Origin: Octopus vulgaris
Lineage: Eukaryota
NCBI GenBank assembly: GCA_951406725.2
Contig: OX597815.1
Location: 27,218,001-27,282,000 of the forward strand
DNA length: 64,000 bases
Direction of reading: 5' to 3'
Shown here piece by piece: positions 12,764-24,319 of this stretch (position 1 is its first letter; every line of letters begins with the position of its first letter). Made by a program: the position numbers and the translations under genes. Under the pieces are notes generated by a model. The model was given only the letters and a program-made list of their open reading frames with translations. It did no database searches and had not been told where the DNA came from.

Positions 12764-13212
12764 TGTTGTGGCAAGAGTCATTGACACCCCTGGGGGGTTG
12801 GAAGAATGGACTAGCCGAACTCTTATGAAGAGTAGCGTATAGGTTGAGAGACAGGTCGGTAGGAGTCGTCGAGAGAGGATTGTGTTAGTTCCGCTTTGAA
12901 CTTGCACCGAACCCGTAAGTTGCCGTAATGGTAATTGTTCGAATTACTGTGCGTTGGTCTTGTCACCTGTCACTAGAATCTGGTAGGGGTTCGATTCCCC
13001 TGCTCTCAATATATCGGATGCAGCCGTGCGGTGTTAATCAGCTAGAGATGTCTCCTTAGTGTTAAAAAATCGCACTAAAGTCCGTTCAAGCGACAAACAA
13101 GAGTGCTTAGTACAACGAGAAACAAGAGTGTTGTGTGCAAACGAACAATACTACCTAAGAATCGGGCAAAAATTACGTTACAAGATCTAGCAACGATATG
13201 TCCAGGATATAA
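12764..13212 (+). mobile_element. Putative LTR of the adjacent Gypsy element
   Basis: Starts TGTTG directly after the purine tract AAAGGGGAGA. Followed by PBS-like TGGCGATGAG (13216-13225) and then gag. Confidence 0.6.
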
Positions 13213-13295
13213 AAGTGGCGATGAGATATATACGAAGCTTGTGTCAGACGTAAATATTTTTTTTGGTACGAAATCAAAGAAAAAAAATCATTAAC

Positions 13296-15080
13296 ATGAA
13301 AGACTTATTGGCTTGCATTGTGCAGTTGCAACAGCAGTTACAGCAACAAGTGGATGCGCAATGGCCGAATGGTTAGGGCAGCGGACTCGCGGTCGGAGGA
13401 TCGCGGTTTCGATTCCCAGACCGGGCGTTGTGTGTCTTTATTGAGCGAAAACACATAAAGCTCCACGAGGCTCCGGCAGGGGTGGGTGGGGTGGCGACCC
13501 CTGTTGTACTCTTTCGCTCCAACTTGCTCTCACTCTTTCTTCCTGTTTCTTGTCACCGACTTCCTACTCAACCGCTGAGCCTGGATGCGCATTCATCCAT
13601 CCGTCGATGCTCTCGGTGTCGGCGGTTGACCTGCTTTCTCTTCTGCAGGTCTTACGATTAGCAAAGGACCTCGTTGCGGACTTCGCCCACTACAGGAGGC
13701 GCGATCTTGCGAGTTCTGGGATGAAGACTGCTTCGCTCAACAAACAAACAAACAGCAACAACAATTCCAACAGTTACTGGAAGTAATGTAGAAGAGGTTT
13801 GAAAATACTTCAGTTTCGTTCTCATCAGACGGCGTAGCAAACTAAATGGGAGTATCTATTTATAACCAAGAAGAAGGTACTACTTTTTCTACATCTTTTA
13901 GAAGATACGAAGAAATCTTCAAAGAAGAATGTAAAAATTGGAATGACATCGGATACTTTTAAGAAAGTTATCCCCTGCCGAACACGAAGAATACTGTAAT
14001 TATATTCTGCCGAAGAAACCAGGTGTGATTTGTTTCAATGAAACAGTTAATTTGTTATCGAGAATTTTCAGTGAAATAAATTCCCTTTTTAATACTCGTT
14101 GGCAGGGTTTAAATTTAGTTTAGAAAGATGATGATTTCGTCACCTATGTTGTTAATAGACAGTGTGAAAAATTCAAATTAAATGAATTAACCCTGAATTT
14201 GTTCAAATGTCTAATTTTTGTTCAATGGTTAACTGCAAGAAAAGATGCTGATATACGTTCCTGTATATTAACCAAATTAGTACAATACCAAAAATTAACT
14301 CTACAGGCAGATAAAATGCGGATAAAATTGGAGAAAAAGATTGCTCTCAGATGCATTCGTGTCGATCTGAAACGGATAAGAAAAAGGAAAAACGAATGTC
14401 AAAGTTTACATTTTAAAAGTAATTGTCCTTTTAAAAATCGTAAAAATCAAACATAAAAGCTCGCATTGTATAGCGAAACAAAACAAAAGAGGGTTAAACA
14501 AAAAATAAAATTCTAGAAAGAATGTATCGTTAGCAAAAATTCTAAGCTAGGTTCAGAAAAGAAAATTTGTTATCCATAAAAATGAATAAAGTGAATATGA
14601 AGTCACAATTGGATACGCGCAATGATATCACGATAATTGATACAGAGACATGGAGAAAAATAGGGAAACCTAGATTAAAGGAAACTTCGAAAATTGCGCG
14701 AGGTGTTTCAGGAAAAACTTGCATTTTATGGGCGAAATGATAAGTGATGTTACATTTCGTGGGAAAACCTTGAAAGCCAAAGTTTTTGTGTTGAAAATAC
14801 GACAAATCTATTTGGAACAGACTGGATGGAACTATTTAACTTAAGAGACCTCCCCATAAATATTTTTGTAAAATGTGAATGGTACTTCCGCCAGTACAAA
14901 TAAAGATAAAAAAAAAAAAAAAGAATTAAAACAAATTTTTCCTGAAGTTTTTTCTGAGGAATTGGGTCTTTGCACCAAAACAAAGGTGAAGTTTCAAATG
15001 AAAGAAAACGCTATACTGGTATTTAAGCCTAAACGAACGGTACCTTTCGCAGCGGTGAAACAAGTCAACGAAGAACTGGA
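13296..15080 (+). mobile_element. Gypsy (Mag/K02A2.6-like) gag-protease-RT N-terminal relic
   Basis: Gag-like ..RRYEEIF..LRKLSPAEHEEYCNYILPKKP, protease-like QLDTRNDITII (about 14606-14638), and FPEVFSEELGLCTK...PKRTVPFA...VNEELD in ORF 14875..15165. Many stops and frameshifts. Confidence 0.85.
13351..13738 (+). mobile_element. tRNA-derived SINE (Octopus OR-like head) inserted in Gypsy gag
   Basis: A-box TGGCCGAATGG and B-box-like GGTTTCGATTCCC. Head shared with 40261-40640. Interrupts the Gln-rich gag segment and ends in (AAAC)n. Confidence 0.8.
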
Positions 15081-15610
15081 TACAGAACTCTGGCTGGAAA
15101 GGGTGAATAATGAAATCCAATCCTTCATGCACACTATGCCAAACCTATGGCTTCCAAATACCTGATCCACCGGAACTCAGCTATCTCGGACAATACTGAG
15201 AAAGGGCGATGAATAAGGAAGGAAAGGGTGATGTCATACTTGGTAGTGGGATGATGAAAATTGTACGATGAAAAAATAAATCAAACAGCGTTTCAACTCT
15301 GTGTGAATATATGTGTGTGTGTATGTAAAAGGGAGGGTATATGATTGTGTATGTGTTTGTGTGTGTGTGCGCGTGCAATGGAAGTAGGATGGTTCATCTT
15401 TGTTCGCTTAATATTTGGGTTTATTTTTTTATTTGGTTGAATCTTAGTTGTCTCTTTTTTTTTGTTGGTCAGTTATTTTTAGCGTTTTGACCGAAAAAAG
15501 TCATTCTAAAATTTGTTTTTTAACGTAAGCGTGCCCAAACGTGTTGAATGCTTACACAGAACAGGTTTTACAACCACATCATCCAAACGGACCGGGTGAA
15601 ACGGGTTTAG

Positions 15611-15642
<32 letters not shown>

Positions 15643-15704
15643 AATTTAATAAATAAAATATATGCTATATACATATATATATGTACGCACCTAGTATATA
15701 TATA

Positions 15705-15776
<72 letters not shown>

Positions 15777-16120
15777 TACAGGACACACAAATAGACGTAG
15801 AACTCAACGAAAACGAAAATATAAAAACAAACATAAACGACTTTTTAACAACGAAAACAAAAACAAACAAGGAATATTCCCTTCATCAGCTGTCCCTGGT
15901 TCGACTCCACGTTTCGAAGGTTACACAAGAAAGTAAATTTCGAACGAAATACAGCCGTGAAAGCAGCAGAAAGATTGGGTACTTTTACTCTTATAAGAAG
16001 GAAAAAGTTGTCAGCAGACAGTTACGGGACTTGAACCCTTACCTCTTAGATACCGGCTGAGTATTCTACCATTAAGCTAAACGGTACGCAGACAACAATT
16101 GCCCTCAAATTAAACGCTAA

Positions 16121-16151
<31 letters not shown>

Positions 16152-16282
16152 TGTATGTATGTATGTATGTATGTATGTATGTACACACACATACATACAC
16201 TTATACATACATACCACATACATTGATAATACATACATACATACATACATACATACATACATACATACATACATACATACAT

Positions 16283-16315
<33 letters not shown>

Positions 16316-16548
16316 TTCATAATGAGACGAAAGAGCAATGCTCATGTACTTCGTAGGCTCTACAACCGACATTCTTGGAAGGAGAGACTGAGCGCTGTTC
16401 TTAACGCTGGGTCAAGGGAGTGGGATGAACAAGATAAGAGTGATTGATGAGTGGAGGAAGGACGAATAGGTTGGAAATTCTTGAGTGGAAATATCAAGAT
16501 TCCCAGTTAGCTACAAGTAGCAGAGGCCATTACAGAAGTTATAGTAAA

Positions 16549-17332
16549 GACGGCGAGCCGGCAGAAACGTTAGCACGCCGGGCGAAATGCGTAGCCGTAT
16601 TTCGTCTGCCGTTACGTTCTGAGTTCAAATTCCGCCGAGGTCGACTTTACCTTTCATCCTTTCGAAGTCGATAAATTAAGTACCAGTTACGCACTGGGGT
16701 CGATATAATCGACTTAATCCGGTTGTCTGTCCTTGTTTGTCACCTCTGTGTTTAGCCCCTTGTGAGTAGTAAAGAAATAGGTATTTTGTCTGCCGTTACG
16801 TTCTGAGTTCAAGTTCCGCCGAGGTCGACTTCGCCTTTCATCCTTTCGGGGTCGATAAATTAAGTACCAGTTACGCACTGGGATCGATATGGCCGACTTA
16901 ATTCGTCTGTCTGTCCTTGTTTGTCTCCTCTGTGTTTAGCCCCTTGTGGGCAGTAAAGAAACAAGTATTTCATCTGCCGTTACGTTCTGAGTTCAAATTC
17001 CACCGAGGTCGACTTTGCCTTTCATCCTTTCGGGGCCGATAAATTAAGTACCAGTTACGCACTGGGGTCGATGGAATCGACTTAATCCGTTTGTCTGTCT
17101 TTGTTTCTCCCCTCTGCGTGTAGCCCCTTGTGGGCAGTAAAGAAACAAGTATTTCATCTGCCGTTACGTTCTGAGTTCAAATTCCACCGAGGTCAACTTT
17201 GCCTTTCATCCTTTCGGGGCCGATAAATTAAGTACCAGTTACGCACTGAGGTCGATATGGTCGACTTAATCCGGTTATCTATCATTGTTTGTACTCTCTG
17301 TGTTTAGCCCCCTGTTGGGCAATAAAGAAATA
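16549..17332 (+). mobile_element. Tetrameric family A SINE (one head plus four ~184 bp units)
   Basis: Units start at about 16597, 16781, 16965 and 17149. A single TSD AGAAGTTATAGTAAA(GAC) lies at 16534 and 17333. Confidence 0.92.
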
Positions 17333-17718
17333 AGAAGTTATAGTAAAGACAGAGAGGAAACAATGTAACTGAACTATGTAGCTGAACTAAGCAGTCAAGT
17401 ATTTTTAGGGATGTAGTCTAAAGACTTTTTTTCCTACACGTCAAATTTTCAATTGTAACGTTAGCCATGTTTCGACACCAACAGCAAAGTGAACCGGATA
17501 TTCTTTTGAAATGGATGACAAAAACAAAAGAGTAAAGAATACAGGTGGTGTTAGAGGATTTAACCAGGGCAATAAGGTTTATTACCGTTTTCCGAAACAC
17601 GATTAAATGTTTTCTTCGGGTGGTATTAAATTTGTCATGGCCTGGATCAGTACGAGCTTAAACCTGTTTTAACTATCTAAATGTTTCCGTTTAGTAATTT
17701 CAAAAACTTTTCTTTAGT

Positions 17719-17770
<52 letters not shown>

Positions 17771-18572
17771 TACATGTGTCAGTGTGTTTATCTCAATGTT
17801 AGAATTGTAATTTGATATATTGCACATTATAAGTGATAATCACATACACTCACACGTGTTTATGTTATGTATGTGTGTGTGTTGTGTGTGTGTCTGTGTG
17901 TGTGTGTGTGTACCAGATACCCGGATACATTTCGGTAAACAACTACTCCCTACACGAGCGGCCTATAAATATTCTATAACATAACTGCCATTAAGCTAGA
18001 CATTGTTTGGACCAATAACGGCCAAAACTTAAGTGTGTGTGTGCGTGCGTGCGTGCGTGTGTGCGTACGTGCGTGTGTGCGTGCGTGCGTGCGTGTGTGC
18101 GTGCGTGCGTGCGTGCGTGCGTATCTGTGCATGTAGTGGGGTTTTAGATAAACAACAATGTGAATATTTCGTTCCTATATATGCTTCGCTATTGCAGTTA
18201 ACTGGAAATCAATATTGGATGTTCCAAGTGCATTTGGATGCGTAACTTCAATCAGTCATCACGTTATTGCATTCTGTTTTTGATTTCTATAATAGAATGC
18301 AGTAAAGTGATCTCCTGCTGATTCATTGCATCCCAGGCATCAAAACAATGGTGAAACGTACGTAGGAACTAACCATTTACACTAATGTTTATCTAATATA
18401 TATACGTTGATTGCTCGAAGGAGATAGACAACCGACAACTGTTGAAGGGTCATTCTGTGTATTACGTGTCCTTTTTTCTCTCGTTATTTGCGTATTTAAC
18501 TCACTTGTTTTCGTATTTCATGTTGTTTACTGTTGTTGACGTCCTGTACCCATATATTCATATATTCATATA

Positions 18573-19855
18573 TCAGGTCATCCCGTAAGTTCTGTCCGAA
18601 TTTTGAATAAAGAAAACAAGTGATCAAATGTTATATTTAATTGAAATTTAATCATCAATGTACTTTATCTATGATTATCTATGACTTCCATCTATTTACA
18701 AGCTTTTTAATCCCATCAATGTAAAAGTCTTTTGGTTTCAAAGCGAAGAACTCTGAAATGTCAGTTTTGACCTCCTCCTGGCTTGCGAAAGTTATGTCCC
18801 CCAAATGATTCTGTTAACTACGAAATAAATGGAAGTCTGAAGGAGCAAGGTCAGGAGAATAAGGTGGATGAGGAATTTTTTCCCAACCAAGCTCTTCAAT
18901 CTGCTGTGATGTGATCTTTGTAGGATGGGGTCGCGCATTGTCCTGATGAAACATCACTCCTTTTCGATTCACTAAAGCGGGTCTTTTTTTCTTCAAAGCT
19001 TTGTTCAAACGCTCCTAATTGCTGACAGAAGACTTGAGCATCGATTGTTGCATTAGGTGGTACAATTCAAGGTGAATTACTCCTTTGCAATTCCACCAGA
19101 TAGAGAAAAGAACCTTTTCTCCATGAAGTTCCCTTCTCGGTTGTGGTTGAGCTTTTTCCCTTTTACCAAGCCACTCTTTATGACGTTTAACATTCCGATA
19201 GAAGATCCATTTTTCGTCACCAGTCACAAGTCTATCCAAAAAGAGTGAAATGAGTTCGCGAGAATGGAGAGAAGAGCAGATGTAAACTCGGGATTTGTAG
19301 TTGCTTTCGGACAATTCATGAGGCACCCATTTTCCAAGTTTAGGAACCTTTTCAAGTTGTTGAAGATGACGATAAATAGTTTTATGGTTTGAACTAAGCT
19401 TTATTGCCAATTCTTCAACTGATAATGCAGGATTTTCTTCAAGTAATGCCGCAAGGAGCTTATCATCAAACTCAACTGGACGTCTTGTTCGATCTTCATC
19501 TTCAAGGCTGAAATCTCCACTTCTGAATTTTACAAACAATCTTCTGCAAGTTCTTTCATTCAAGCATTCTTTCCCATAAACTGAGTGTATGTTTCGAGTC
19601 GCTTTGGCTGAAGAGTTTCTTTTTTCTGTACTCATAAAGTATTATGTGCCTTAAATGCTCTTTGGATACTTCAATGTTAGGGTTTTAATCAAATAAATTT
19701 TAATTCTATTATTCTGTAAAATAATATTTAATTAGTTTAAATGTACACAAGTGCATAGAAATAATTTTTAATTCCGTTAGACATTCTAAAATACTATTAA
19801 ATTTCATTCAATTTTAAAAAAGGTAAAATCGGACAGAACATATGTGATGACCTGA
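18573..19855 (-). mobile_element. Mariner DNA transposon with near-complete, frameshifted transposase
   Basis: TA-flanked TIRs TCAGGTCATCCCGTAAGTTCTGTCCGAATTTT / AAAATCGGACAGAACATATGTGATGACCTGA. WVPHEL, TGDEKW, FHQDNARPH and YSPDLAPSDFHLF occur in ORFs 19015..19635 and 18814..19008. Confidence 0.96.
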
Positions 19856-19880
19856 TATATATATATATATATATATGTGT

Positions 19881-19917
<37 letters not shown>

Positions 19918-20017
19918 GTTAATCCAAACATGAACAAGCAAGAAAACACAACAACGCGAGGACGTAGAACAAGTACAGTGTTATTGGACGCTCGGGAAAG
20001 GAAAGAAAAGAAAAAGG

Positions 20018-20052
20018 ATTTCACGTTTCGAGCGGAGCTCTTCGTCAGAAAT
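20018..20052 (-). ncRNA. Minimal type I hammerhead ribozyme-like motif (Penelope type)
   Basis: Minus strand: AUUU CUGACGA A GAGC UCC GCUC GAAA CGU G AAAU. The CUGANGA and GAAA cores are intact and stem I is AUUU/AAAU, but the cleavage triplet is GUG. Confidence 0.6.
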
Positions 20053-20417
20053 ATAGAAAATGTCAAAAGAAGGGAAGACGGAGAAAGAAAATCGCCAACG
20101 ATACACACGCGGTCACATATTGAATATATATATTGACTATATATATGAAACAGCAGTTGCATTTTTACAAGACAATGAGAGGCGTTAGTAGTGAACTTTT
20201 CCAGTCTCACCTTGATCACTTTTGTTGGAAAGTTTTGAGAAAAGATGCAGCAGATTTGTTTGTGGAATTCCTAAATGAAATACAAAGTGTGTGTCGTTAA
20301 TTAATATTTAAGTGTAAGTTATTAATAAATAATTATTCAACGTTATTCAATTTGTTTTTATTATCCTGTACTATAAAAGTTCTCTGATTTTATCATCCTG
20401 TAGTATAAAAGTTCACT

Positions 20418-21260
20418 ACTCTGATTGGTTAGTATTGGTGCAGTTTGTCTCTGTGTTTATTACGCGCCAATATGCAACCCAACCATTCGCAGCCTTCTGA
20501 TAAGGTCACGTGAGACAGTCTCTTCTAAACCTCAGTTTGCGCCTACTGGTCCCTATAAAACTTCAGCGACACATCGAGTTGATGTCAGTCGGTTCCAGAC
20601 CTTTTCAGATCTAACCGCTGACCACACAGGACACAGCCAGTTCCAGCGACAACACCACAGCAGCCATATGGAGACGTATCTATTACTCGACTAACAGCAT
20701 ACAGCAGTCTCCTTCGTCGCTCCCATCATCTTCTTAACGTCATCAACACCATCTCTCTACGTACACAGCAACCAGCAACCCTCACACAGGTTCTATTTCA
20801 ACACTGTTTGTGAATTACTTCACCTTGGTTAGCGGCAAATGCAACTTGCGAGAACTCCTGTACCAAGTAACCCGGCAGTAGCATTGTAGCCACCACTTCA
20901 TACAGCACGTACCGCACAGGCTCTGCTTCTTCGCCTCAACTTCTTGTTACAGCACTTCAACTATCGTGTACTTTGGCTACGAACTGGTATTATTTATCAT
21001 CATTGTGTCTGAACATTCTTCTAGCGTCCTATTATAGACTCTCTCTATTCTCTGTACTTATCGCACACGCATACATCCATGTTTCTTCATACACACTTTG
21101 TATACATGACGGCCTGTCTATTATTATAATTACATATGTATTTATGACGCATACACACACACATGTTAACACATAAATAAAATATTTCTCTTAAACATTC
21201 TACACGGCTTTCCTTCTGGCACTTCTACTCATTCATACTTTTCGCATTTATTGTAATCGA
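20418..21260 (+). mobile_element. LTR-like dispersed repeat, copy 2
   Basis: Diverged colinear homolog of 960-1750. Confidence 0.5.
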
Positions 21261-21318
21261 CCATGTGGTGCACTAAAGGAGCCATTCTCGTCACCTCTCC
21301 TTCGCACGATCGTTTTAC

Positions 21319-21349
<31 letters not shown>

Positions 21350-21389
21350 TGTATGTATGTATGTATGTATCTTCTATTTTTTTAATTAT

Positions 21390-22030
21390 TATAAATCTTT
21401 CACTGAGGAGGGAGACGGTTCCCAACAAAGATACAAGGCTCCGTCTTTGGGAGGTAGTTAACACAGGCAAATTCACATTTGGAACTTGAGAAAAGTCTTG
21501 CATATTTTCACTGTTTCTCTCACAGATTGCACGGTCGATTTCTCTTTCTGAGAATCCCAGTTTATCCAAATTCTCCTTTAAGCATTTACTAACAAAGCCT
21601 AGCGTTCCAGTTATTATTGGTATGAATATGAATTCATATTCCGGATGCAGAAACTGGAGGTTTCGAAGCAGTTGTCCATACATCTCCTTTTCTTTGATTT
21701 TCAAAGAGATATTTATATCTGCAGGGCAGGTGACCTCTATGACGATACATACCTTTGTCCCTCTGTCCCAAACAACAATATCCGGTCTGTTATGTTTACA
21801 TTGACAGAAGTTTTGAATATTCCACCAGTATTCCTTGAATTGGTGTTTATGAATGTATTCCATAGTGAGGTTTTCTAAGTTTATTTCAGGACACTCTTTT
21901 TTTTGCGGATGGCATTGTAAATTGTTTGAACGACAACATCGTGCCGCATAGGAAGGTAGTACCGTGACGATATTTTAGGATAGCTGCTAATCACATGCGT
22001 GATGTCTTCCACAGAACAAAATGCAGATGT
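21390..22030 (-). mobile_element. R4/Dong-like non-LTR retrotransposon 3' end (zinc knuckle plus restriction-like endonuclease)
   Basis: EDITHVISS..RHD (ORF 21881..22174) and NRPDIVVWD...IEVTCP (ORF 21315..21863), a PD-(D/E)xK-type RLE. Confidence 0.8.
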
Positions 22031-23016
22031 CAAGTCAACCCAGTGTGCCTTCATGTTAGTCTTTAGCATGTCGACAGAGTATGGAAGACTGTTTTTTTTT
22101 TTGCCGTCATATTGTCTCAAATGTTTATTTAATCTCTCTGCCATGCTTCTAGATGTCGCACCAATGTGTGTCATGTTCTTGTCCCTGCAAGCACTCTCTA
22201 TGCACCTTATACCTTATGCTGTAGACTATATTTCTAATTCTACAGTTAATACCAGAGTTAATCTTACCATGCAGTTCTCATTGGTGCATGTGGTATTCTC
22301 AAAGGGGTACGTCCAACATAACTGTGATCTGATGGAGCTCCCTGGCTTTTCAAACGATCTAAATGTTGAGTTTGGTCTCCTTCAGAGCTTTCCTAAATCT
22401 CCGGGCTAGTTCTTCGTGGGCTGTTGAATCTACAAACATCACTCTTTGATATTTGTCGGCCTTGTACCATGTGTTCATCCTGTTTGCTTTGTCACAAATT
22501 CTCTGTATCCTATTCCAGTCTTTACCTTTGTATCTAGAGCAGGCACAACTGGTTTTCATTACAAATAATGCTATCTAACTTCTTCCCCTGTATACCCGAA
22601 CCCTATCTTTCTGGTCATATCTAGAGAATTGCATGCGATGCAGGAAGTTCTGTACATGTTTCTTTGTTTCATAGGGTTCGCTTAGGGAGGGAGGACATTA
22701 TTCATTGTCCTAACTAAGTCTGCGATCAGTATGTTGATTTTCATGTTGCGTGACAAAGCTGAGTTCTTGTGAACAACATATTTAGAAGCTATGGGTTTCA
22801 TGTAATAGGAGTGGTGGCGCTGCACTCTGTTGCTCGCTGTTTCTAACAAAAGTTCAGTATTAAGATTAGGGAGTCTATTGTTAGGGTGCCTAGTGGGGTA
22901 ATCTATAATTACCTTGGTATTTTGGTGGATGGAGTTAGCTATGTGCTGGATGTCCTCCGTTATGCTCCTCACGGTTTCTACACTGCAATTACTAGAGTTT
23001 GTCTTAGCTAGAATAT

Positions 23017-23153
23017 ATTTATTTACTACCCACAAGGAGCTAAACATAGAGGGGACAAACAAGGACAGACAAAGGGATTAAGTCGATTATATCGACCCCA
23101 AATACTGCTAAGCATTTCGCCCGGCGCGCTAACGTTTCTGCCAGCTCGCCGCC
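23017..23153 (-). mobile_element. Internally deleted family A SINE
   Basis: 17 bp TSD TGTCTTAGCTAGAATAT at 23000-23016 and 23154-23170. Confidence 0.9.
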
Positions 23154-23539
23154 TGTCTTAGCTAGAATATGTCATCTACATACCTACAGTAAAGCAAAAC
23201 AGTTGGGGATTGTTCAGCTAAGGATTGGTTAAGTTTTCTGTCCCACCTGATCATGAAGAGTCCAACCGCACCGACACCAATGTCTGTACCTTGAATCTGC
23301 ATGTATATTTTTCTGTTAAACTTTATACTATGTGGTTCTTCAAGGTGGTTCTTATGTTAGCCCTATTGTATGTGCAATCATTCTTTACACCTGATTGTTG
23401 TTCTCAGGGTTCTGTGTGGGTATCGTCCAGCCACTCCAGCGCTCTGCGGTGCTTTTCTTCACGGCCGAGGTGATTGTGGATGGTCTTCCCCTCTGTGACC
23501 TGGTAGGGCAGAATCTACTAAGGTCATGGTTGTCTAGGT

Positions 23540-23740
23540 CAGTGGTTTTCAACCAGGGTTCCGCCAGTACAGTGCAGGGGTTCCGCAAGAAGTTACAAAA
23601 CTGCTAAAATCGGCAGTAATTTTTAAGTCTCCTGTGCAGATATGTGTGCATAAGACTATTAAATTATTGCACAGGGGTTCCTCGAGCCAGTGGAATGTTT
23701 CCTTGGGGTTCCGCTCCAGCAAAAAGTTTGAAAAGCACTG
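23540..23740. mobile_element. hAT (Charlie-like) MITE
   Basis: TIRs CAGTGGTTTTCAA / TTGAAAAGCACTG. 8 bp TSD GTCTAGGT at 23532-23539 and 23741-23748. Confidence 0.92.
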
Positions 23741-24113
23741 GTCTAGGTAGTTACAGTCATAGCTTAGTTTAAGGAGAAGGCTCAGTTCTCTCGTGTTGGC
23801 TTCGCGGAACTCTACTTCACTCTCACAGATAATCTCAATGCACTTTTCCACACCAAAATCTGTCTATAGATAGGTAGAGTAAAACTACATCCATACTACT
23901 CACTACACAGCTTGCGAGATCGTTGGAGTGGCTGCAATTACTGATTCTACTGAGGAGTATATTTGTATGTATATAGTTGTATATATTTGTATATATATTC
24001 GTTTTTGCCATACAGCTGCGGTCATACTGGTATACCACCTTGATTTTTGTACTTTTTCCACTGCTTTTTTATTTGCCTGATTTCCTCAGGGTGGTGAAAT
24101 TTCATATCACCAC

Positions 24114-24147
<34 letters not shown>

Positions 24148-24319
24148 AAGGGGAAAGAAGAGGGAAGATTCGTTTAACTGAGCTAGAATAGCTGGGTGAG
24201 ATTGTGGAGAAGGGAGCTATTTAAGGAGAAGGTTACAAAAAAATTCTTCTATCGGATTAAAACTAAGTATATCTATTATTTGGGTAACAGAAGTTTTGAG
24301 GATTTAGTGTACTGTTGCA

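Larger units (their letters stand above)
22030..23950 (-). mobile_element. Degenerate Penelope-like retroelement (RT plus GIY-YIG)
   Basis: SMDVVLLY (ORF 23835..24038), YCRYVDDIF at 23165-23191, a PLE-type thumb (YYMKP..VHKNSAL..KINIL) and HIGATSRSMAERL..H. Interrupted by a SINE and a MITE. Confidence 0.8.

Noticed and set aside
16023-16080. tRNA-like sequence on the minus strand (also the SINE heads at 13351, 40261 and 58200)
   Set aside because: A and B boxes are present but the stems are imperfect and there is no acceptor stem. These are SINE heads or pseudogenes, not tRNA genes.
16123-16300. (TATG)n facing (CATA)n, a potential cruciform
   Set aside because: Expected by chance given the very high density of this microsatellite in both orientations.
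16597-17332. Regular repeat array considered as CRISPR-like
   Set aside because: The units are contiguous ~184 bp SINE bodies with no unique spacers, in a eukaryotic context with no cas genes.
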